Shown piece by piece: positions 1 through 7,497 of a DNA stretch of 32,000 bases; positions within the stretch are counted from its first letter, which is position 1, and every line of letters starts with the position of its first letter. Location: positions 1 to 32,000 of the forward strand of contig CAZPGO010000011.1 in NCBI GenBank assembly GCA_964586355.1, in the 5' to 3' direction. A model generated the notes under the pieces. It made no database searches. It saw only the letters and a list, made by a program, of their open reading frames with translations, and was not told where the DNA came from. A program made the position numbers and the translations under genes. The DNA is from an uncultured archaeon (lineage in GTDB: Archaea > Iainarchaeota > Iainarchaeia > Iainarchaeales > CSSED10-239).

Positions 1-99
1 TATAGAATAACTATAGATAATATTGATTACTATATAGATTTAGTCTTTTATCATAGAATATTAAAATGTTTTATATTAATTGATCTTAAAACAAGAAAA
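1..99 (+). pseudogene. Truncated fragment of a DUF1016/YhcG-like PD-(D/E)xK nuclease, running off the 5' edge
   Basis: Frame +1 reads YRITIDNIDYYIDLVFYHRILKCFILIDLKTRK then TAG at 97-99. The D-L-x-FYH ... [IV]DLK pattern matches the nuclease core of YhcG/DUF1016 proteins. The reading frame stops well short of the usual C-terminus. Confidence 0.4.
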
Positions 100-661
100 T
101 AGAAGATTTTCAGAAGATATAGATTTTGATTTTTATTCTAATGAGAGTTTATCTATTATTAAAGAAAAGTTATATAAAAAAATAAAAGAAATATTAAAAG
201 AATATGATGTAAAGAAACCAAGAATGATGAATCAAACAATGAGGTTTGATATTTATTATACTGGCATACAAAAAGACAAAATAATATTAGAATTTAGAAT
301 AATTTCAAAAAAAACACCTAAAACAACAAGTAAAATTGTTGATTTTAGTTTTATTCCATTTACTGCATCCATCTACCCAATTTATAGTTTAGAAGAATTA
401 ATTAATCAAAAGCTACTTGCTTTTGTTAATAGAACTGATGGAAAAGACGCATATGATCTTTATTATTTATTACAATTGGATTACAAATCTCAAGATATTA
501 AAAAAGATCTAATTATTAGATCTAAAGAGAAAATAAATTATTTATTATTAGATAAAAAACAGATTAAATACTTAGAAAATTCCATAAACTACTATATACC
601 AAGATCTAAAAGACTTTCTTTAGATTCATTATTAAATGAACTTTTAAATTTTCTTAAATAG
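80..661 (+). CDS. AbiEii/DUF1814-like nucleotidyltransferase (type IV toxin family), N-terminally truncated and possibly a pseudogene
   Basis: RFSEDIDFDF near the N-terminus is the R-x-S-x-D-[IL]-D-F catalytic motif of AbiEii. KLLAFVNRTDGKDAYDLYYLL matches the family C-terminal signature. The upstream GG[TS]AL glycine motif is missing. The ORF only opens with TTG at 80, and the first ATG is about 48 codons in. Confidence 0.55.
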   Translation: MILKQENRRFSEDIDFDFYSNESLSIIKEKLYKKIKEILKEYDVKKPRMMNQTMRFDIYYTGIQKDKIILEFRIISKKTPKTTSKIVDFSFIPFTASIYPIYSLEELINQKLLAFVNRTDGKDAYDLYYLLQLDYKSQDIKKDLIIRSKEKINYLLLDKKQIKYLENSINYYIPRSKRLSLDSLLNELLNFLK

Positions 662-725
662 TTTTTTTTGTACTCCAGAAATAGAATAAATATCTTTATA
701 TATTATTTAGATCTACATCTTTATT

Positions 726-935
726 ATGATCGAAAACACAACATTACTTATTGTAATAGGAATAATAGCAATTTGGGAAATGATTTGGAAAGGAATAGCT
801 TTATGGAAAGCAGCAAAAAATAATCACACAAGATGGTATGTTTTTTTGCTGATCTTAAATACTGCTGGACTACTTCCAATATTATACATATATTTTTTTT
901 CTAAAAAAAAACAAAAAAGCAAAAAGATTTTATAG
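726..935 (+). CDS. Small two-TM membrane protein, DUF5652-like
   Basis: 69 aa with two hydrophobic helices. WKGIALWKAAKNN...W..FLLILNT.GLLPILY resembles the DUF5652 family common in CPR/DPANN genomes. The C-terminus is lysine-rich. Confidence 0.55.
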   Translation: MIENTTLLIVIGIIAIWEMIWKGIALWKAAKNNHTRWYVFLLILNTAGLLPILYIYFFSKKKQKSKKIL

Positions 936-3239
936 ATCTTCTTCTTTTTTATTATCTTTTAATCTTTTAACCATCTTTGGAACAAAGTCTTCCTTATACC
1001 ATTTCTTCCATTTTTCAAGCAGATCAGAGTAGTTGACTTTACCATGTTCTTCAATATAACTCTCTTTTAATAACAATAATTTATTATGAGTAATAACTGT
1101 TTGTTCAGCTTCCAATAATTCAAAAAACCGAAGCTCTCTTGCAAGTTCTACCTGATAACTTTTTTCTTCAGCAAGCATCTTAATATTATCCCAAACTTCT
1201 TCAATATTCATTCCTGATAATGTACAGATCTTTGTAAATAGTTCAGAGTCTTTTAGAGCATCTTCATTTAATATTAAAGAATCCTTACTAGCATCAAAGC
1301 TCATAAGATCCAATAATCCTCCCTCAGCATCAGGATCTTCGTTCCAGTGTTTTTTTACTTCTGTAATCTGTACAACCCTTCTGTAAGATTTTAAAGACCC
1401 TTTAAACCTAATAGGCTTAGCAACAACAACTAAATCTGTTGCTTTAAAAGAAGTTGTTGGAACTTCTAAGTCATTTACCACTCTATCCCAAACAGCATAG
1501 GCAGAGTCTGCGTGAATTGTTCCCATAACAACATTACCTGCAGCACCAACCCTCATAGCCTCATAAAGCACTTTTGCTTCAACTGATCTAACTTCTCCAA
1601 CAATCAAAGCAGAGTCTCCAAGCCTTAGAGCCGTTCTTAGCGCATCCTCTGGCTTTACTTCTGCAGATTCTTCGTCTGCTCCAACTGATGATCTTGTTTT
1701 TAATCTCTGTGCATTAAATCCAATATCTTTCATATACAAAACAGGCAACTCTAAAGTATCTTCTTGAACAATAATTCTTTTATTTTGTAAAATTTCAAGC
1801 ATTAATGCAGTCATTAAAGAAGTTTTTCCTGCACCTCTAGATCCTGCTACAAGTATTGTTGAGTTGTTGTCTATAAAGAATGATAATAATCCAGCAGCAA
1901 GAGGATTAAGGGACTTAACATTAATCAATTGTGGTAGTGTCCACGGAGTCTCTTTATGCAATCTAAAAGCAAAAGCTATTCCATCTGTTGCTAATGGATG
2001 ACCAATAACTGCAACTCTAGTATTAACATCAGGAAGATCAAAATCCAAAATAGGATGAGCATCATCAAAAGGTCTTCCAGACATTGCTCTCATTTTTCCA
2101 ACAAGGCTTTCTGCATCTCTTTCTGTGTATAGGATATTTGTTTGGCATTGCCCAAATTGACTATGAACTAAATAAATTGGTCTTCCTCCGATTGGTGAAT
2201 CAATGTATACATCTGTTATTCTTTTGTCTGATAATAGTAGTTCTAATATTCCGTAACCAATAGTATATCTTGTAACAATCTCTGATAGGGTGTTAATATC
2301 ATCAGGGCTTAAAGAAATTCCATATCTTCTACCAATATCAGCAATTGTGCTTTGATAGATTCTTTGAAAATATTTTTTTGTTGAAGATCCACTTGTTAAA
2401 GTTACTTTCCCTGGTTGATAGTTCGCAACAGTTTCTTTTGTTTTAGATAATACAAAGTAATGGTCTGGGGATAAAGTATACTCTGGTGGATTAATATAAT
2501 AAGTGTATTCAATTTTATCAGGATTTTTAAATATTTGAACACTGGTGTTAAGTACTGGATATTCATCAACCAGTTCCAGTTTTTCAGAGTCACCAAAAAG
2601 TAATTGTGATCCAATAAATGCTGGTTTTATTTGTGCTTCAAATACTGTTTTGTAGATAGCTGTTAGATCATTTAGATCTTTTGCTTTCATTATTATTGGT
2701 TTTAGTGTTTTTATAAATGTTGATTCTTCATATTGTTCTTTTAATTTTGTTAGGTGTTTAAAATTAGCTAAAAAACATTTTTCACATGGTTTTCCTTTTT
2801 GATCTTCTGCTCTTTGTCTGTTGTTTTCTATTTCTCTAGTAATACTTATATATGATGCTATTGGATCATATGATAATAGATCTCTTGCAAACTTAATAAT
2901 ATTATTATGCCTTTCAGGATAACACTCATCACAATCAATATCATTTACTCCTAGATGTGAGCTTACCCATACAGCTCTATTTTCAAAATCTAGTAAAAGG
3001 TTTACCATTTCTTTTAGATATTTTGTTTGTTCTTTATTATATACTCTTTCATAAACTTCTGCTAAAATAATTTCATCAGCATCAACAGTTTCAAGAAGTT
3101 TTAGAATATGGAATCTACATCTTGGATCATCAGAAAGTGATGTGTTATAAACACAGTTTCTACAATCCACCACCAATTTTTTTTTATTGCCTTCAGTATC
3201 TACTGCATAATCTCCTACAGTGTAGTTTCCTATTTTCAT
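930..3239 (-). CDS. Type II/IV secretion / type IV pilus assembly ATPase (VirB11/FlaI/PilB superfamily) with a large Cys-containing N-terminal extension
   Basis: 769 aa. Walker A is GSRGAGKTS, Asp box QEDTLEL, Walker B/Glu LIVGEVRSVEA and His box GTIHADS. The N-terminal region of about 300 aa carries CRNC...C and C.EC / CEKC cysteine pairs. Confidence 0.85.
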   Translation of the reverse strand: MKIGNYTVGDYAVDTEGNKKKLVVDCRNCVYNTSLSDDPRCRFHILKLLETVDADEIILAEVYERVYNKEQTKYLKEMVNLLLDFENRAVWVSSHLGVNDIDCDECYPERHNNIIKFARDLLSYDPIASYISITREIENNRQRAEDQKGKPCEKCFLANFKHLTKLKEQYEESTFIKTLKPIIMKAKDLNDLTAIYKTVFEAQIKPAFIGSQLLFGDSEKLELVDEYPVLNTSVQIFKNPDKIEYTYYINPPEYTLSPDHYFVLSKTKETVANYQPGKVTLTSGSSTKKYFQRIYQSTIADIGRRYGISLSPDDINTLSEIVTRYTIGYGILELLLSDKRITDVYIDSPIGGRPIYLVHSQFGQCQTNILYTERDAESLVGKMRAMSGRPFDDAHPILDFDLPDVNTRVAVIGHPLATDGIAFAFRLHKETPWTLPQLINVKSLNPLAAGLLSFFIDNNSTILVAGSRGAGKTSLMTALMLEILQNKRIIVQEDTLELPVLYMKDIGFNAQRLKTRSSVGADEESAEVKPEDALRTALRLGDSALIVGEVRSVEAKVLYEAMRVGAAGNVVMGTIHADSAYAVWDRVVNDLEVPTTSFKATDLVVVAKPIRFKGSLKSYRRVVQITEVKKHWNEDPDAEGGLLDLMSFDASKDSLILNEDALKDSELFTKICTLSGMNIEEVWDNIKMLAEEKSYQVELARELRFFELLEAEQTVITHNKLLLLKESYIEEHGKVNYSDLLEKWKKWYKEDFVPKMVKRLKDNKKEEDL

Positions 3240-3578
3240 TTTTGATCTTTTTTATATTTATTATATATCTATAATATAAGGTAAATTAGTTTATATTTAT
3301 TTGTTTTGATATGCTTGATCAGAATTATTATAAAGTTTAAAAATTGTTTGTTTAGTTTATTCTTTTTTTGTTACAAGTTAAACTGATCTTTTTTTAATGC
3401 CTTTTTTTCTTTGCTATTTAGTGGCTTTTTTTTATTGATTTATGCCTATAAAGATTATTAATGATATTAATTAATTTATGTTTTATATTTTTTTTATTGA
3501 ATAAATAGAATATTAAAAATAAATTTCTATTTTTTTAGATTTAATTTTTGGAACTTTTGGTTTAATAACTCCTTTTTT

Positions 3579-3761
3579 TTAAAAGACTATTTTTTTTATT
3601 ATTTTTGGCTTTAAATTTAACTCATCAATAGGGTGCCAATCCATTTCTTTCATAAATCTAATATCTGCTCTAGAGATTTTCTTATTTTCCATAAATTTTT
3701 GATAAATCTCTTTTTTTCTATCATCAACACTCTTTTTTTTAAAAAACAACATGTTTTTCAC
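3579..3761 (-). CDS. Hypothetical small lysine-rich protein (doubtful)
   Basis: It is the only ORF (60 aa) in a 650-bp intergenic region. I recognise no motif in it. Confidence 0.25.
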   Translation of the reverse strand: MKNMLFFKKKSVDDRKKEIYQKFMENKKISRADIRFMKEMDWHPIDELNLKPKIIKKIVF

Positions 3762-3840
3762 CCACTGGACAGATCTGACAGGACCCCCCTCTTAAGATCT
3801 TTTTTATAACCTTTTCCTATAATAATATATTTAGGTTCTA

Positions 3841-3885
3841 TTTTATAAAGATTAGTAAAATAGCCCACAAACATATAAAAAGGGA
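3841..3885 (+). promoter_or_regulatory. Putative archaeal promoter (TATA-like TTTTATAAA) plus SD-like AAGGGATT upstream of the RPA gene
   Basis: TTTTATAAA lies at 3841-3849, about 45 nt before the ATG at 3892. AAAGGGATT lies 6-7 nt before the ATG. The same AAGGGATT-N6-ATG layout precedes top6B. Confidence 0.3.
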
Positions 3886-3891
3886 TTATTT

Positions 3892-5226
3892 ATGACACAA
3901 TTAACTGCTGAACAAATTTATGAAATAATAAAAACAGAAACAGGTCTTTCTGATTCTGAGCTTCAAAGCAAAATATCGGAGATTAAGGAAAAATATCAGG
4001 GTCTATTAAGCGATGTTGGTGCTAACATAATGCTTTCTAAACAACTAAATGTAAATTTAGATCTAAAAAACAAAGTTTCTCAAAACACAACTATTTCAGA
4101 AATATTAAGTAACTCTGATATGGATTCTGTTTCTGTATATGCAAGAATAAGATCTATACCTCCAATAAAAAAATATAAAGCAAAAGATGGATCTGATGGT
4201 AAGATTCAATCTATTTATTTGTATGATGGGGATAATCTATTAAAACTAAACTTATGGAATGAAAAGGCCTCTGTAATTGATGAGTTAGATCTTGAGGTTA
4301 ATGATCTAATATTAGTAAAAGATGCTTTTATTAGTACTTATAATGACAAAGTAGAAATATCACTAAGAGCTGGTGGACAAATAATAAAAAATCCAGAAAA
4401 TTCAAATACAAATATTTCTATAAAAAATTCTTTTATCTCTGTTAGTGATGCTACTAGTAGTGAAGATCCAATTGAAACTGTTGGAAGAATAACTGTAATC
4501 TATCCAAAAAAATCATTTACCTCTCAAGAAAGAGAAAAGTTTGTAACTAATTTTGAGATTAGTGATGGAAAAAAATCTGTCAAGTGTGTGGCTTGGGATC
4601 CATGGGCTGAAGTTGTTTCTGATAGTTTTTCTAAAGGAGATCTAGTAAAACTAAGTAATATTATGGCAAAGGATGGTCTTTATGATCTAGAGTTTCATCT
4701 AAACTTTATGTCAACTATTAAAAAAAATCCAAAAACTCCAAAAGTAACAATCCCCCCATTAAGTGAACTATTGTCTTCTGATTATGAGTTAGGAAAAACA
4801 AATGATCTAGAGCCTGATAAGTCCTATAAGTTAGAAGGAACAATTATTTCAGTAAATAGAAATAAATTAAGATCTTTTAAGTGTCCTGTTTGTAAAGAAA
4901 GAGTAAGTCTAATAAACGAAACTGATTTTATTTGTGAAAGTTGTGCTACTAATGTAGATCCTGATGTGATTATCTTTTCTAGTATGGAACTAGATGATGG
5001 TAATGGAACTATAAAGCTAACCATGTTTGGAAGTTTAGTAGAAGATCTATTCTCAGTAAAAAAAGAAGATCTGAAAAAAGAACTATCAGAAGAAGAAAAA
5101 GAAAATCTTTTCTTAAATGCAGAAAAAAAGATATTAGGTAAACAAGTAATTGTTACTGGAAGAGCTAAATTAAATAATTTTTCTAATGCAGTAGAATTTA
5201 TGGTTAATTCTTTAGAAATAAATTAA
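3892..5226 (+). CDS. rpa: Replication factor A / RPA-like ssDNA-binding protein (multiple OB folds plus Zn ribbon)
   Basis: 444 aa with repeated OB-fold-like segments (ISEI...VSVYARI..., VGRITVIYPKK..., YKLEGTIISVN...). A C4 zinc ribbon, CPVCKERV...CESC, is embedded in the last OB fold, as in archaeal RPA1-type proteins. Confidence 0.75.
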   Translation: MTQLTAEQIYEIIKTETGLSDSELQSKISEIKEKYQGLLSDVGANIMLSKQLNVNLDLKNKVSQNTTISEILSNSDMDSVSVYARIRSIPPIKKYKAKDGSDGKIQSIYLYDGDNLLKLNLWNEKASVIDELDLEVNDLILVKDAFISTYNDKVEISLRAGGQIIKNPENSNTNISIKNSFISVSDATSSEDPIETVGRITVIYPKKSFTSQEREKFVTNFEISDGKKSVKCVAWDPWAEVVSDSFSKGDLVKLSNIMAKDGLYDLEFHLNFMSTIKKNPKTPKVTIPPLSELLSSDYELGKTNDLEPDKSYKLEGTIISVNRNKLRSFKCPVCKERVSLINETDFICESCATNVDPDVIIFSSMELDDGNGTIKLTMFGSLVEDLFSVKKEDLKKELSEEEKENLFLNAEKKILGKQVIVTGRAKLNNFSNAVEFMVNSLEIN

Positions 5227-5242
5227 GGTCTAAAATAAAAAA

Positions 5243-5268
5243 AAAATGAATACAGAAAAACTAAGAGG
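5243..5268 (+). repeat. Direct repeat copy 1 (26 bp, AAAATGAATACAGAAAAACTAAGAGG)
   Basis: Identical to 6654-6679. It contains an ATG opening only a 21-codon ORF (MNTEKLRGKKILNVKKYRLQK*) that mimics the first 8 codons of tmk. Confidence 0.9.
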
Positions 5269-5282
5269 AAAAAAGATTTTAA

Positions 5283-6644
5283 ATGTTAAAAAATATAGAT
5301 TACAAAAATAAAGAATATGATAAAATTTTAGAAAAAATCTTTTCAAAAAAAAAGATTTCCCAAAATATTTTTGAGCCCTATTTTTTAAAAAATTTATCTT
5401 CTTTAAATAAAAATAATTTTTTAAATTTATTATCTAAAATAGATACCAAAAATATAGCTGCTCCTGAGATTATAGAGAATACAAAAAAAACCTTTTCTAA
5501 ATATTTAATTTCTGAATTTGCAAATTATCTTGTGGATTATTTAATAGGTTATAGAGAGCTTTCTAAGTTAATGACTTCTAATGATTATGAAGAAATAATG
5601 ATAAATGATTATGATAAGGTGTTTGTTTTTTCTAGAGATAATCAATTTTATAAAACAAATGTTGTTTTTGAAGAGAGAAATTATTCAGAATTTATTAAGT
5701 ATTTAAAAGACACTTTATCAACAGACTTTGATACTAGAGAGTTTATTGATGGAATATTGCCGGATAGATCTAGAATAAATATAGTTTCTAAATCAATATC
5801 TGGATTTAATGTTATAACTATTAGAAAATATCTAAAAAAACCATTAAACATTATAGATCTAATAAAAAATAAAGAGATTACTCCTGAAATTGCAACCTAT
5901 TTTTGGATAGCTATAGATGGTCTAAATGTAAAACCAGCAAATCTTTTTATCTGTGGTGGAACTAGCACAGGTAAAACAACTTTGTTAAATGCTTTATTAG
6001 ATTTTGTGCCTTCTGACTCTAGAATTATTGGTGTTGAGGATACTTTAGAAATTGATTATAGTAATTTTGAAAACTATGTTTGTTTATCTAGCAACATTTC
6101 CAATGAAAATAGTCTTTATGATATTTCAGTAAATATTATGAGAATGAGACCTGATAGAATAATTATTGGCGAAACTCGCGGAAAAGAAGTAAGAGCTTTG
6201 TTTTTAGCTATGAGCACAGGTCACGAGGGTTGTTTGTCTACAATACATGGTAATAATGTTAATGATTTACTAAACAAGTTATCTTCTTATCCATTTAATA
6301 TAGATCAAAACTATTTGTCTTTGTTAAATGTTGTTGTTACTTTAAAAAAAGTATATGTTAATAGAAAAATAAATAGATTTGTTTCAGAAATATCTGAGAT
6401 CTCAAAAATAGGTAATATTACTACTAATGAGATCTATTCTAAAGAAAATTCAGAAAAAATAAATTTTATGGCTTCTAGTTTTTTTGAAAAGGTTTGTGAT
6501 TTATTAAATATTAAAAAAACAGATCTAAAAAAAGTTATTGAATATAGATTAAATATTATTAATAAAATGGTAGCTGAAAATATTACTGATACTAAACGAA
6601 TAAGAAAAATAATTTCTGAAAATAGAGAAATAAGCTTAGACTAA
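5283..6644 (+). CDS. Type II/IV secretion system ATPase (VirB11/CpaF/TadA-like)
   Basis: 453 aa. Motifs: ITIRKY, Walker A GGTSTGKTT, Asp box GVEDTLEI, Walker B RPDRIIIGETRGKE, His box STIHGNN. Confidence 0.85.
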   Translation: MLKNIDYKNKEYDKILEKIFSKKKISQNIFEPYFLKNLSSLNKNNFLNLLSKIDTKNIAAPEIIENTKKTFSKYLISEFANYLVDYLIGYRELSKLMTSNDYEEIMINDYDKVFVFSRDNQFYKTNVVFEERNYSEFIKYLKDTLSTDFDTREFIDGILPDRSRINIVSKSISGFNVITIRKYLKKPLNIIDLIKNKEITPEIATYFWIAIDGLNVKPANLFICGGTSTGKTTLLNALLDFVPSDSRIIGVEDTLEIDYSNFENYVCLSSNISNENSLYDISVNIMRMRPDRIIIGETRGKEVRALFLAMSTGHEGCLSTIHGNNVNDLLNKLSSYPFNIDQNYLSLLNVVVTLKKVYVNRKINRFVSEISEISKIGNITTNEIYSKENSEKINFMASSFFEKVCDLLNIKKTDLKKVIEYRLNIINKMVAENITDTKRIRKIISENREISLD

Positions 6645-6653
6645 AGAGTGACT

Positions 6654-6679
6654 AAAATGAATACAGAAAAACTAAGAGG
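6654..6679 (+). repeat. Direct repeat copy 2 (26 bp), covering the ribosome-binding spacer and first 8 codons of tmk
   Basis: Identical to 5243-5268. Similarity decays over the next ~10 nt (GKKIL versus GKIIV). Confidence 0.9.
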
Positions 6680-7343
6680 GAAAATAATAGTTATTGAAGG
6701 AAGTGATGGTTGTGGAAAAACCACACAAATAAACCTCTTAAAACAGTATTTAGAAGATCTTGGAGAAAAGGTGGCTCTTTTTGATTTTCCAAGATATGGT
6801 GAAAAATCAGCAGTTTTAGTTGAAGAATATCTTAATGGGGATTTTGGATCTGCAAAAGAGGTGGGTGCCTACAGAGCTTCTATATTTTATGCTTGTGATC
6901 GTTATGCTGCATCTTTTGAGATGAAAAAAGCAATTGAGGAAAAAAATATTATTCTTTGTAACAGATATGCAACAGCAAACATGCTTCACCAAGCAGGAAA
7001 GATATCAGACCTTAAGGAAAGAAAAAAGTTTCTTAAGTGGCTAGTTAATCTGGAGTTTGATATCTTTAACATCCCTAAACCAAATCATGTAATTTTTTTA
7101 TATTTAGATTCTTCCATTTCTTCAAAACTAGCAACACAAAAACAAGCAAGACATGATAATATTATTCAAAGTAATGATATTCACGAAAAAGATCTAAACC
7201 ATTTAAAAGAAGCTACAGATTCTGGTCTTTGGGTTTCAAAGATCTATAAATGGATAGTAATTAATTGTCAAAATAGAAATAAAGAGATCTTAACTATTAA
7301 AAAAATTCATAAAAAGATTCTTAAGAAATTAGGTGTTTTATAG
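6657..7343 (+). CDS. tmk: Thymidylate kinase (dTMP kinase)
   Basis: The P-loop IVIEGSDGCGKTTQ and the DRY-type motif (CDRYAAS) are typical of the family. ATG at 6657 follows GAGTGA (SD-like). The ORF track opens 9 nt earlier at GTG 6648. Confidence 0.9.
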   Translation: MNTEKLRGKIIVIEGSDGCGKTTQINLLKQYLEDLGEKVALFDFPRYGEKSAVLVEEYLNGDFGSAKEVGAYRASIFYACDRYAASFEMKKAIEEKNIILCNRYATANMLHQAGKISDLKERKKFLKWLVNLEFDIFNIPKPNHVIFLYLDSSISSKLATQKQARHDNIIQSNDIHEKDLNHLKEATDSGLWVSKIYKWIVINCQNRNKEILTIKKIHKKILKKLGVL

Positions 7344-7497
7344 AAAAATAATTATACACTATCAAGTTACTAACCATTTCTAGAAAATTTACCCCCACAC
7401 TTCCGGTAATAAAAAATAAGCACTTTTATTTTTTGTTTTTGTTTTTCAAATATGTTTTACTTAATAAAGAAACACTCTATATATTATATGTGATTTT

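Noticed and set aside
3719-3790. Possible C/D-box sRNA or other small RNA around the GC-rich patch (GACAG-ATCT-GACAG, CTGA, and TGATGA on the minus strand)
   Set aside because: The box-like elements are on opposite strands or in the wrong order. No terminal stem or second C'/D' pair could be formed.
7478-7490. Shared TATATATTAT-ATG string: 10 nt upstream of the mcm start (7478-7490), at the aIF-2beta start (11165-11177), and a near-identical string, two nt longer, before the arsR start (minus strand, about 28015-28031)
   Set aside because: It is TA-repeat low-complexity sequence in a very AT-rich genome. The register relative to the start codon differs between copies. It is too close to the ATG to be a TATA box for those genes. 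I cannot distinguish it from chance or generic AT-rich leaders without genome-wide statistics.
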